A stretch of 34,299 nt of DNA from contig CALSCO010001763.1 in assembly GCA_943704415.1 (NCBI GenBank), positions 1 to 34,299 of the forward strand, read 5' to 3'. Made by a program: the position numbers and the translations under genes. Shown here one piece after another: positions 11,509-23,600 of the stretch. Position 1 is the first letter of the stretch, and every line of letters starts with the position of its first letter. Below the pieces are notes generated by a model. It searched no databases and was not told the DNA's origin. It worked only from the letters and a program-made list of their open reading frames with translations. The DNA is from Parvularia atlantis (taxonomy: Eukaryota).

Positions 11509-11985
11509 GGCGAAGGGCGACGAACGGCGCGTCACGCGGCGGCGACAGTGAAGTGGCTGGCCACGCGCGCTGGCCGTCGCCACGTGCCCGTGCTGTGCGT
11601 GCTGGTTGGCTGGCCGTGCGCCACACTGCAGTGCGCGCGACTCGCAGACATGCGCGCATGATGGCGGTGCATCCGTGACGGCGAGTCGCGGCGTGCGGGC
11701 GGCTCGTGTGGCCCGTGTGGCCCGCCGTGCGGCTCGCCGCTTGCTGTGCGGGTGCAAGGGACGCCGCTTGTGCTGCCTGTGCGTTGCGTGCGATTCTGGT
11801 GGCGCTGCGGGGAGAAGAATGACCGCGCCCGGGCTGTGCACTCGCACGACCTGCCCGGCTCACGCACGCACCACCTGCCCGAGCTCAATCGCCCGCCCGC
11901 TCGGCGACTGACACGGCGCCACGCCACGCCGGCACCACTGGTGCAGCCGCAGATTACCCCACTTGCGTCGACCCGCAGGCCGCGC

Positions 11986-12575
11986 ATGGCATCGCTGCAG
12001 CTGATCAACGTCGCCGAGGCGACCATCGGCCCGTTCTGTGCGCCAACACCTGATCGCACTCACACCCGCTCACGCACGCTCGCGCGCAGCCAACGCGGCC
12101 GTCGTTGACGGCAAGATCGTCTACCTCAGCGGCATCGTCGGCGTCCCGCCCGGCGGCCCCCTGCCCGACGCGTTCGAGGCGCAGCTCACGCAGATCTTTG
12201 TCAACCTGCGCAGCGTGCGCCCGCATCCCCGCTCCCCGTTGGTCGCGGCTCACTGTCGCTGTACGCGCAGGTGCTCGCCGCCGCCAAGTCGGACCTGCAG
12301 CACGTCGTCAAGTGCGCCCTTTGCCGCCCTCGAGCGCACCGTCCTCACGCGGCCGCGCCGCAGGTGCAACGTGTACCTGATCGACATGAACGACTTTGCC
12401 AAGCTCAACGAGATGTACGCGGCCGAGTTCAACGGCCACAAGCCTGCGCGGTGCGCGCCCCTCGCCACCCACCTGCCTGCCGTGCCAACGACGCCGCAGC
12501 ACGACCGTGCAGGTATCGCGCTTGCCGCTGGGCGCCAAGGTCGAGATCGAGGCCGTGGCCGTTGTCGCGCAGTGA
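11986..12575 (+). CDS. RIDA: RidA/YjgF/YER057c/UK114 reactive-intermediate deaminase, multi-exon
   Basis: IGPFS|NAAVVDGKIVYLSG, QIFVNLRS|VLAAA, VVK|CNVYLIDMNDFAKLNEMYA, KPAR|TTVQVSRLPLGAKVEIEAVA. The catalytic Arg of the PAR motif is retained. Confidence 0.93.
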
Positions 12576-12677
12576 TGCCGCTGTCGCGGTCGGGACACGC
12601 AGCTCGTTGTGCGACACACGGCAAGGGGGGCAAGGGAAGGAAAAAGCACGCAAACAATCGGGAAGAAACGATCGTGC

Positions 12678-13726
12678 CTACACCTTGGGCTTCTGCTCGG
12701 GATGGCCCGTGGTGTAGTACGTCTGCTCGTTGTCGCGGTTGAGGCGGCGGGCCTCGTCCAGCAGCGCCTGCGTCGGCGCCGCCGCCATCGTCAGCGGCGT
12801 CGCTCGCAACCCGGCCAGCGGCCAGCGGCGTCCGCACCTGCTCGCGCTCCTCCTTGGTCGGGATGCGCTGGATGAGGCAGCACGCGAACAGGATCACGAG
12901 CAGCTCGAGCGCGCCCACGCAAATCGCCGTCACACCGATGGCAAACAGGTTCTGCGCGCCGCGCGCGATCAGCGGCGGCGGCAGAGGTGGTGAGCGGCGG
13001 CCGCGAGACACACCTGCTCGATCGAGTTGACGATCGCGCCCTCGCAGCCCATCATGCTATCCGACATGCATCCGGGCGAGGCGCGGTCGGTGGAGTCAGT
13101 CCTGTGCGCGCGAAGCGTCAGCACCGGCGTTCGCAAGAAACGCGCGTGCGCACCAGCCGCAGCAGTCGAATGCGTTCTCGAGGTCCGCCTTGCCTTGCGG
13201 GGTCAGGTTGGTCCAAGCCTCCGAGGCCCACGTGGGGATGTCGTCGCGGAGGACGTAGGCGGTGATGCCGAGGGCGATCTGAGCGGGCGCAACGTCAGCG
13301 CTGTGCCACACGAAGAGGAGGCGGGCGCACCTGGATGAGCATGATCACGAGCACAAAGCCAAAGTAGGCCTTGAGCAGGCCGCGGCTCTCGTACATGGCG
13401 CCGCAGCAGCCGACGAGGGCGATGAGCGTGACGAGACAGCCGAGGACGATGAGGCCTGCGGCGGCGCGGGCGTGAGCGACACAAGAGCGAGGACCGAGTG
13501 AGCGCACCAATGGCCAGGTTGGTGCTCGAGATGCCCTCGACGTAGTTGGTGAGCGACCACGAGCCGAGGGCGATGAGCAGCACGCCGCCGACCTGCGCGC
13601 CGCGCGTGCGTGCGTCAGTCGGGGGTTGCCCCACGCCCCTCAGCCGGCGCTGCGGCGCACGAGGAAGATGAAGTCGACGAGGACGAGGAGCAGCTTGTAG
13701 CACTTGAGGTCTGCGGTGAAGCCCAT
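12678..13726 (-). CDS. Tetraspanin, multi-exon
   Basis: Four TM segments (KCYKLLLVLVDFIFL|VGGVLLIALG; GLIVLGCLVTLIALVGCCGAMYESRGLL; YFGFVLVIMLIQ|IALG; AIGVTAICVGALELLVILFACCL). Large loop with AFDCCGW (CCG motif) and a later GC. Confidence 0.92.
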
Positions 13727-13871
13727 GGTGGCTGGCTGGCTCGGGGTGGCTGGCGGGGCAGGGTGGCGGGGCTGCGGGCAGCAGCGGTCGCGTGCGCGGC
13801 GGGGTCAATGTCAAGCGGTGACGTCGACGCGGCTGATGTGCGGCGCGGCGGGAAAAGGCGCGTGTGCGCGC

Positions 13872-13875
<4 letters not shown>

Positions 13876-13904
<29 letters not shown>
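13876..13904. repeat. (GT)14 microsatellite upstream of the tetraspanin start
   Basis: Pure GT dinucleotide run visible in the sequence. Confidence 0.9.
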
Positions 13905-13906
<2 letters not shown>

Positions 13907-14479
13907 GGGGACAGCGGGTGGGCACGGAGGGGGGAGGGCGCAGAGGCGCGGCGTGAGGCGCGGCGTGAGGAGCGGAGAAGGGCAGCGGCGTGCGGCGGCG
14001 GGCTGAGGAAAGGGAAGTTCCCCATTCTGTTACCCGGGTAGCAGTGTGACAGCGCATGCCGGCGAACGCATGACGCCGATCGACGCGCCCGATGTGCCCC
14101 GCCCCACACGGCCCCAGCACGCGGATCGCACCCGGCATCGATCGCAGCCTGCCGCCCGCAAACAGCCCGCATCGTGGGAGCCGCACGGACACTGCACCGC
14201 GCACGGCCCAGCACGCCCCACTCGTTGATTTGCGTCGCTGCGGAGGGCCACGTGCCGCCGCCGCCGCCGCCTCCCCGCCGCCTTTCCGCCGTCCGCGCAC
14301 CCCCCGCGACCGCAAGCGCTCTGTTTTTTTTTTCGCCGCGCGCGTCGCCTGCTGCACGTCGCCCGCGCGCGGCTGACCTGCACCGCCGCGCCTGCCAAGC
14401 CCTGCCCTCTGCGGAACATTCGGCCCGCTTGCCTGCTCCTGCCGCGGAACATAAGCATCACAAGACCCGCGGGCGCACC

Positions 14480-17400
14480 ATGCTCGAGACCCTCGCGCGC
14501 GCCGTCCCCGCGCCCATGCGCCGCCTCGGCGCCGCCCTGTACGGCTGTGTCGACGCGTCGCTGCCACCGTGCTCGGTGCGGACGCGCCGCTGTGCGCGCA
14601 CACTGGCAGGCTGCAAGTGCTGACCCGCCCGTGCGTACGGCGCGCAGGTCGAGCAGGTGCGCCGGCGCCTCGTCATGACGATGGTGGCCATGGGCGTCGT
14701 CTTCTTCTGCGTGCGCCTCTGCGCTTACTCCGTCAGCACCGCCCCGCGGCAGCTCAACGTGTGCTCGTTCGCTGCGGGGCCTGCGCCGTGCTCACGCGAG
14801 CGCCCTCGCCCGCCCGCCCGCCAGCTCTGGATGGACGTGGCCGCGCTGATCGTCCACTCGGGCGCGTTCTCGATGCTTGAGCGCGATGTGATTGATGCCG
14901 CAACCGTCGGGTGAGCGCGCACGTCTGCTGCCTCCTTGCGCGCGCTGCTGACACGCCTGTGCGCAGTGACGTCGCCGTGTGGATGTTCGCGGCGATGTAC
15001 GCCATGAACGTGTTTGTGATCGAGGAGCACATGTTCTCCCTCATCTCGTTCGCGTCGACCATCCTACCCGTCCTCGCAAGCTTCATCGCCACACGCAAGA
15101 CGGCCGCGCGGGTGAGCCTGGTGCACCTGCTGCCTCTGGCGCCTGACGGCACCGACGCCGCGTCGCAGATCATCGCCTTTATGACCTTCATGTACATCGT
15201 CGCATTCTGCAAGAGCGCCGACCGCCCCGCGCGCACGCTGCAGGTGCGCAGGCCGCGCGCTTTGCAGACACCAGACCGCTCATGCTGCCCGCCGCGTGTG
15301 CACTCAGCTGACCGACGTCGACGGCCTGTTCACGCTCCTCGGCACGGTCGTGTGCATCTCGCTACTGGCACAAATCTACGTCTCGCACGTGCAGCGCAAC
15401 TTTGACGGTGCGGCGCACCCCGACCGCTCCGTAGACCGCTCACTCGGCCGCCGCCGCCGCAGCGATGGTCCAGACGACCGGCACGGTCGAGCAGGCCAAC
15501 ATGACCAAAACCATGTTCATCGCCAACATCTCGCACGAGCTGCGTACGCCGCTGCACGCGATCCTGGCCGCGGCGTCATTCCTCAAGAGCGCGGACTTGT
15601 CGTCGGTGTGCGCACGGCTCGGACGCGGCTACGATCGCTCACGCGCGCGCCGCCGCAGGAGAGCCACATGTTTGTGAACACGATCCTGACCTGTAGCGAC
15701 ACGATCAAGTCGCTCGTCGGCAACATCCTCGACCTGTCGCGGATCGAGGCCGACATCCTCGAGTGGAACTGTCAGACGTTCGACCTGCTCGGCCTGGTCG
15801 AGGAGGTGCGGCGCGGGGCGGCGCGGGGCGGCTCGTACGGCCCGGCTGACACGCGCTGCGGCAGGTGGTCGACGGCATGGCCGTGTTTGCGCACAACAAG
15901 GGCATCCGGCTGCACCTGCGCTGCCCGATCGCCCCGCCCTTCCGCTGGCAGTACATCTACTCGGACAGGATCCGCCTTAAGAAGATTGTCGGAAACGTGC
16001 GTCTCGCTGTTGTGTCGGCAGCGCACCACCTCAACCGGCGCGCGCGCAACGTCAGCTGGTCGACAACGCGATCAAGTTTTGCAACGTCGGGCGCGTCGAC
16101 GTGCGTGTGACTTGCGTCGGCTACTACGGTGCGCGCCGCGTGTGCGCCGAGGGCGGCGTGGGCTGACCCTGCGTGGCCCGCAGTGAGCGCCAGCGTCAAC
16201 AGCGACGAGCTGCACCCGATGTCGTCCATGCGCAAGACGCCGGCCACGGTCGTGTCTGAGCTGTTCCCGAACTACGTGCGTGGCGGCCGGCAACCGTCGC
16301 CGAGGCTCACGCGCGCGGCGCAGCACCGCGACTTTGTGCCGCCCAACTCGCCCCTGCGCCGTCAGCCGTACGCCGCGCGCATCCGCTTCGAGGTCAGCGA
16401 CACGGGCATCGGTGCGCTCGCCTCGCGAAAGGGGACGTGGGCGCACTGATCGCTGCTTGTGCGCAGGCATCGCCCCGCACTACCTGCCCGACGTCTTCGA
16501 GCCGTTCAGCCAGCCGCTCCGGCTCAAGGAGGGCCCCGGGCTGGGCCTGTGCGTCTCGCAGCGGCTCGCGCTGGGCCTGGGCGGACGCATCCACGTCGAG
16601 AGCAAGCAGAACGAGGGCTCGCGGTTCTGGTTCGAGCTTGTTGTGCCCGTGACGTGCGTGCCACGTGTGCGCGCGAGTGATTGACGCGCGGCTCAAAACC
16701 GCACAACCGCACACATATGCAGCCCCTGCGTCGAGCAGCAGCACGCGAAGGAGGCCGTCATGCCGCTCGCCGAGGGCGACGTCAACATGTCATCGTCGTC
16801 GCGTTCGAGCTCGGGCACGATGCCGGGCGGGCGCTCAGCCGTGTGCAGCCGGCTGCTCAGCGACCTGCACGAGCGGCGCACGCTCGGGCGCTTCTACTTC
16901 TGCCGCGAGCTGACGCCGTGCGGTGCGTGCGCGCACCTGCTTGCTTGCAGGCGCTCTGACGCGCTGCGCGCAGCGGAGGACTTGCTGGAGGAGCTTGACC
17001 TGTGTGGCTTCGCAACGTGCAAGATTGCAAAGCGTGAGCTGCTCGCCCTGCTGAAAGTGCGCCCCTCTCTTGCGGCTGTGCCATGTCGCGCTCACCACAC
17101 GCCCACCCGCAGTCGCGCCACCAGCCGCACACGTCGAACGGGGCTGGGACGATCGACCTGGTGCGCAGGGCTGCGCGGGGGTGTGCTGCGGGTGGCACGC
17201 CTCACGCCGCACGGCGCGCGTGCGCGCGCAGAGTGTCGAGCGCGCGACGCAGGCGCTGCACGAGCTGGACGTGGTCGTGATCGACGAGCAGCTGATGACG
17301 CTCGAGGAGGTGCTGCCGTGGCTGCAGTCGCAGACGTTCAACGGGGTGCGCTCGCGCGCGCACGTCCGCTCGCGTCTCATGTCACGCGCGGCCAGCAGAA

Positions 17401-19394
17401 AAGCTTCTGCCCCGTGGTCGTCTTCCTCGCGCTGATGGGCCAGGAGGACATGGTCCTGCGCACGCTCAACCAGCAGCAGCAGCAGCGCCTGCTGATCATC
17501 AGCAAGCCCGCGGGCCCGGTACGTCGCATGTGCCAGCGACGCTGAACCCCCGTGTGTGTGACAACTGCACGCTGCGCAGATCAACCTGCTGCAGTCGCTC
17601 AACCGTCTGATCGACATGGTCATGCAGTACTACGAGAACGTGGCCGAGCGCCCGCGCCGCCTGCTGCTGCCGCGCCCGACGATGAAGTGCGCCCGCTGCC
17701 CGGCCCATGCGCGTGCTGAACTGCTTTGCGCAGCCGCACGGCGTCCGTCGCTGGCACGGCGTCCTGGGCCGCGCATGCGAGTCGCGCGGGCGCCCCGGGC
17801 GGCTCGGTGGCGATGTCGCCGCGGCGAGTCGCACACGACCATCCGTCGGGTGCGCGTCGCAAGCATCGTGTGCACCCGCTGTGTGCTCACCCGAGCTTGC
17901 GCGCGAACAGTCGTCAGCAGCGCGTCCTTCACCCTATCGCATGCGCCCGTGCGCGCGGCCGCGATCGCACGGTGCGCGTGCGCTGCGGTATCAGCGGCGC
18001 AAGGTCGCGCTGACACCGCGAACACAGGTCCAAGAGCGACCAGACGCAGGCGACACCCGGCGCGTCCTTCCGCGGCCGGCGGCCGGCTCCCGTCCTTGCG
18101 CCGATCCCGGAGCACCCGGACGAGCACCAACGTGCGGGACGCTCACTGCGCATCGCCGCTGTGTGACGCGCGCTTGCACGCAGCCCTGACGCCGCTCTCC
18201 CCCGTGCACGAGGAATCGCCCGCGACGCCCGCGACGCCCGCGACGCCGGCCTCGCCGCCGGAGCAGGAGTATGGCGGCACCAAGACCCCGGTCGAGCACG
18301 GTACGCGCCCGATTGCGCCTTGACATGCCGGGGCCGGCTAATCGCGCATGCCCCGCCGCAGAGCACCGTCTCAAGGGCGAGCCGACCGCGCACGATGAGG
18401 GCGAGCACAACGGCGAGCACAACGGCGAGCAGTCGAGAGGCCCCAACGAGATCGACGACATTACGCCCGCGGGACCGAGCGAAGCAGCCGAGCACAGCGA
18501 CGACGGCGAACACGGCGACGACGAGGAGGACGACGACGACCTGTCGATGGACCAGACGTCGCTCTCGCACCGCCTGATCGGTGTGCCGACGGCCGCGATG
18601 GCCGCACATCCCGACGTCTCCGCCAGGTGTGTTCATGTGTGCGCATGCGGCGCGTCTAAGCACTGGCACAGCCTGCGCGGCGAGCGGTCGCTGTCGATTG
18701 AGACGGCCAGCGAGACGGTCCTGAGGTGCGCACGTCCCCTTGCGTGCGCCGCAAGCCGCTGACGTCGCGGCGGCAGCGGCGAGGGGCGCAAGCAGCCGCT
18801 GCCGATCCTTGTCGTGGAGGACAACCCGATCAACCAAATGATCATGAAGCACCTGATCACGAAGAAGATGGGGCTCGAATGCGAGGTGTGCTCACGCACG
18901 CGCGGTGCGGCCGAGACGAATGCTCGCGCCCAGATCGTGGACAACGGCCGCAAGGCGCTCGAAGCGTGGAGCGAGCGCGACTTTTCGCTCATCTTTATGG
19001 ACATCCAGATGCCCGTGATGGACGGGTGCGCGCCTGCCCCGCCCCGCGCACGTGGCCAGTGCTCACTGTGCGCGTTTGGCGCAGGCTCACGGCGATGCGC
19101 GAGATCCGCCGCCTGGAGCGCCTGGAGGGGCGCAAGCGCGTGTGGATTGTCGCGATGACCGGCCTTGCGTTCATGGAGGACCGCGACGCGGCGGTCGAGG
19201 CCGGTGCGCACGCATTCGCGGTGCGGCTGAGCGGCGCGTGCGCTGAGACACGGCGCGACGGCGCAGGCTGCGACGAGTTCCTGTCAAAGCCGGTCGACAT
19301 GGAGATGCTGCAGAACCGCGTCCTGGTCTGGCTGGCCGAGTCGTCGGCGTCGCCCGCGACCGCGCTCGGGCCGCCCGGAGGCAGCGGCGCGTGA
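14480..19394 (+). CDS. Membrane hybrid histidine kinase (TM sensor, HisKA, HATPase, degenerate receiver, receiver), many exons
   Basis: H-box KTMFIANISHELRTPLHAIL (His codon 15534), NILDLSRIEA, N-box N|LVDNAIKF, G1 EVSDTGI|GI, F-box VFEPFSQ, G2 GPGLGL...GGRIHVES...GSRFWF. Receiver ILVVEDNPINQ...LIFMDIQMPVMDG...AMTG...GCDEFLSKP. About 5-6 N-terminal hydrophobic segments. Confidence 0.93.
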
Positions 19395-19655
19395 GGAGCC
19401 GAGAGTGAGAGCGCAGAGAACGAACTGATCAAATGCTGACATGCGTATGCCGCCATGCCGGACACCGCGCCGTCAGCCAGTGCGGCGCATGCCATGGCCG
19501 AACATTGCCCGATCAGCCAGAGCGGCGTCGCACAGCATGCCGGACATTGCGCTGTCAGCGAATCGCGCGTCTGTGATGGCAGACGGCTGATGTCGCTCGC
19601 CTCCGCGCTCAGACCCGCGCAACAGCTCAGCGCCCCGCCCTGCCCCAAGCCGCCG

Positions 19656-20473
19656 ATGGACGCCGACACCCTGGCCGGCGTGGCCGTGCGCGATTTCGCC
19701 TACAAGCCCGAGGACCCGCGGCACGCCGGGCCGCCGCTGGACCACAGCGGCGCGCCAAAGTACGCGCCCAAGCACGACCCCGCGGACGACGACGGTGCGG
19801 GGCGCGGGGGCACGCGGACGTGCGGGGCGTGCGGGCGTGCGGGCGTGGCCGTGACGCGCGGTGCAGAGGACGAGCCGGTCAAGGTGCAGGCGCAGTACGA
19901 CTTTGACACGGAGGTGCCCGGCGAGCTCAGCTTCAAGGCGCGTCCGTCCGCCTGCGGGCATCGGCGCCGTCCTTGGCTCGGCTGAACGTGGCGCCCGCGT
20001 CGTCGACCGCACGCGCACACGCACGCGCACCGCGCTCGACCGCAGGCCAACGACATCATCATCGTGACCGAGAACCGCGGCGATGGGTGGCTGCGCGGCA
20101 AGCTCGCGGGCGTGTCGGGCTTTGTGCCAGAGTCGTGCGTGGCTGCTGTGCGATGCGCTCTCCGCCGCTCTGCTCTGCTCTGCTGCGCCTGTCGCGCTTG
20201 CCTGCCTGCTGTGCCGCTCGCCTTGGCCGGCTTCACAACGCGGTCTCATACAGCCGCGAGCGCAGCTACGTCAAGCCGCTCGACACGCCCGCGTCCAAGC
20301 ACAACAAGCTTGGCAGCGGCGGCCCGGGCGCGGCGCAGGGGGCAGCCGCGGCGATGGCAGCCGTCGCGGCAGCTGAGGCCGTGGCCGCGAGCAGCGCTGC
20401 GTCGGCCAGTGCCGCTGCCGCCGTGCCATCGTCGGCCGCGCCATCGTCAACCGCGTCGTCGATTTCGGCATGA
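19656..20473 (+). CDS. NBP2: SH3 adaptor, Nbp2/Skb5-like, multi-exon
   Basis: N-terminal VRDFAYKPEDPRHAG resembles the (I/V)(R/K)D(F/Y)AY...PxHxG motif of fungal Nbp2. An acidic linker leads to the SH3 AQYDFDTEVPGELSFK|ANDIIIV...GWLRG...GFVPES|YVK. Confidence 0.75.
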
Positions 20474-20486
20474 TCCGACCCGTCGC

Positions 20487-20556
20487 GCCCCCTGTCGCCC
20501 CTGTCGCCCCCGTCGCCCCTGTCGCCCCCGTCGCCCCCGTCGCCCCCGTCGCCCCT
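20487..20556. repeat. 9-bp tandem repeat (GTCGCCCCY) x ~7 just after the SH3 gene stop
   Basis: Consecutive CCCCTGTCG/CCCCCGTCG units visible between the stop at 20473 and the next ATG at 20611. Confidence 0.9.
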
Positions 20557-20610
20557 CGTACGGTTGTGTGACAGAACGTGCGTGACACGAGTTGCAGCCA
20601 GGCGAGAGAC

Positions 20611-23600
20611 ATGGCCGACGTGCGCCGCCGCGCGCCGCCGCCGTCGTCGGCCTTCGCGGGGCTCGACGCGGTGCGCCGCCCTCCCTGCCGCCGTGCCGTG
20701 CAGCGCTGTGCCGTCTCACGGCGCTGCACGCCCCGCACACACAGCAGCAGCCCGCGCGCAACGCCGCCCTCGCAGCGCTCACCGGCGCCGACGCCGCGCC
20801 CAAGCTGACGCTCGACCTGCGCGCGTCGGCGTTCCAGCACAATGCGCGCCTCTGGGTCGCGTTCCTGCCCTGCGCGCTCGTCCTGCTCGCGTTTGGTGGC
20901 CAGCTGTGCGCGCGCCGCTCGCACCGCTCGCGCCAAGCTGACCCGTGCACCGCGCACAGGATGGCCGCCATCGTCGTCCTCGGGCTGATCGTCGCCTACA
21001 TCGCCGACGCGTTCGGCAGCCGCGAGGGGTGCGCCGCGCGCTTAGCGTGCCCGGTGCATGCTCAGCACCCGCGCGTGCGCCCACGCGCACGCAGCAACCT
21101 CGGCGCCGTTTGGGCCACCGTCATCGGCGTCGAGCTGCACCTTGTCGTGCTCGGCTCGGGCCTGCTCTGGTGCGCGCGCGCAGGCCGCCTGCACTGCGCG
21201 TGCACACGTGCTCAGACTCGCGCACAGGAAGTCGCTCATGAACATTGGCCTGCTCTACGTCTTCGGCGCGTACACGCTGCTAACGGGGCTCTGGGCCACA
21301 ATGCAGTTCCACTGGGTCGTGCGCGAGTACCCAAGCTCGATGATCGTGCGCGACGCCGCGCTCGCCTCGCACGCACGCGCTCTGATGTTGTGCGGCGGCC
21401 CCGCGCAGCTGTTTGAGCGCGTGCTCGTCGCCGCTTTCCCCGTGCAGTGCTTCGGCATTCTCGCGTGGGGCCTGATTGGCATGGCCGGGCCGACCGCCGC
21501 ACCCGTGCGTCTCGCACCCTGGAGCATCGCACGGCACGTCGGCCGTCTCATGCACGTCGCTCGTGCGCGCGCAGTTTTACCTCGCGTTCGCTGGCGCCGT
21601 CATGGTCGAGCTGTACTCTCTGCCGGTCTGCGCGCGCCTGGGCAACGCCCGCCGCCGCTCACCGCCACACGCACGTCCGCCGCAGCTCACGTCCTCGTTC
21701 CGCTTCGCCATCGCTGACCCCAAGGCGACGAACAAGTTCGGGCGGCGAACGTACGACGTCGACCAGGGTGTGCCGTGTGCGCCAGCCATCGTCGCTGCTC
21801 ATGCGTGACACTGCGCGCGCCGCGAAGGTTACATCCTCGGCAAGCTCGACGTCGGCCTGCAGCTGCTCTTCTTCCTGTACTCGCCGGGTGCGCTCAGTGC
21901 GGCGCGATACTGAGTAGTGCCGCGGTCTGACGCGCTTGGCTGGCGCAGCTATTGTCTACGTGCTGCTCAACTTTTTCGAGATTTGGGCCGACTGGACGCG
22001 CCTGACCGACGTCGCGCTGCTGCTGTCCATCCCCGTCTTCAACATGTACCGCCTGTCCCACCGCGGTATCCTCTGGTGGTGCGGTGCGTAGAGCGGAACG
22101 CGCGACAGGGATGCCGAGCAAACTGCTCACGCATCCCCACAGACATCAGCGAGGAAGACCTACAGTTTGTGCAGAGTGCGACGATCGGCGCGGCCGCGCT
22201 GCTGCTCCTCTTTTTCTTCGAGGTCCGCATCGTCTTTCGGGTGCGCGCGCTGTCGCTGCCTGTGCCGTGCTGACAAGGCTGGCGCCGCCGGCGCAGTCCT
22301 TCCGCTCGCTGATTGCCATTCCGTTTCCGTGGAACGTCGTTGCCGTGACGGTCGGGCTGCTTGCGTCGGCCGGCGTCATGCTGTACGCGTTTGTGAACCC
22401 GCGAAAGTGCGCCGCCGTGCCTCGCTCGCGTGCACCGCTGCTCACGCGCGTGTGCAGAACCCAGTTCGCCATGATCGTCTCGCTCGTCGTCGGCGCGGTC
22501 GGCACGTCGGCGCTGTGGTTCGCGCTGCAGCTCGGCTGGATCTACCTGCTGCTGCTCAACGGGAGCGTCCTCTTCCTGATCGCATTCATCTACCAGCGCA
22601 GTCTCTGGGTGCGCTTGCTCGCCGCACTTTTCTCAGCTGCACGCACCGCCTCACATGCGCCCTGCACAGGAGTACATCAACTTCTGCATGTGCACGACGC
22701 TCACGTTCATCCTGCTCTTCCGCTCGCACGTCGGCTTCCTCAAGTGTGCTCGGTGCTCGATGTGCTGCGCGCGGTGGCCGCTGAGACGCGCGTGCGCTGC
22801 GCAGGTTCTCGTTCTCATCGGTGCAATGGGACTTTAACACGTTCGGCTTGACGCTGCTCGTGTCGATCATCATCGCGATGCTCATTCCGGGCTTCCTGAT
22901 CACGCCGGTGCGCTGCTTGCCGCGCAAGCTGTACGCACGCAGCTTACAGAGCGGCTGCGCAGGGCCTCTCGCACGGCCTTGTGTCGACCGTCGTGAACCT
23001 GTCGCTGCTGGTCCACGCGGCGCTGTTTGCGTGCCTCGAAGACGCCCTGTTTATGCAGCACGAAGGTGCGCTGGCGCGCGCGTGGAGCGCGTGCCTTGCT
23101 GATGCCTGCCGCAGAGATGTACCCGGCGTACTGGGTCCTCGGCTCGTCCGTCGTCGGCCTGTACATGACGCACTCGCTCGCATCGGCGCGCCAGCTGGCC
23201 GACATGACGCGTGTCGGCCTGACGACGATCTTCGTGGCCAAGTGCGTGGCGCAACGCGGCGACGCTCGTGCAGCCGGCTCATGTGCACGCGCGCAGGCTT
23301 GCCGTGCTCGTCGTGTCGGACAGCTGGCTGACGGTGCCGTGCACGGGCGCGCTCGTGGCCCTTGTGTCGCAGCTCGAGCTCGTCGAGCAGCCAAAGCAGC
23401 TGACCACGACGCACGTGCGCGCCCCCAACAGCTTGCGGTGAGGGTGTCGAGTGCTGAGCATGCGCGCGCGTACGCAGGGCATCGTCTACGGCGTACTGCT
23501 GCTCGCAGCGTCGTACGCCGCCAGCTTCTTTGTGCCGCGCCACATGCTCGCGCTGCTGCTCCAGAGCGACTCGGAGGCGACATGGCTTGGTGCGCCTCGC

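Noticed and set aside
12678..13726. Tetraspanin as a Sho1 osmosensor completing a HOG cluster
   Set aside because: It is a CCG-type tetraspanin without an SH3 domain and is unrelated to Sho1.
20487..20556. GATGATGAT collagen-like ORF on the minus strand
   Set aside because: It is only the translation of a 9-bp intergenic tandem repeat, antisense to real genes.
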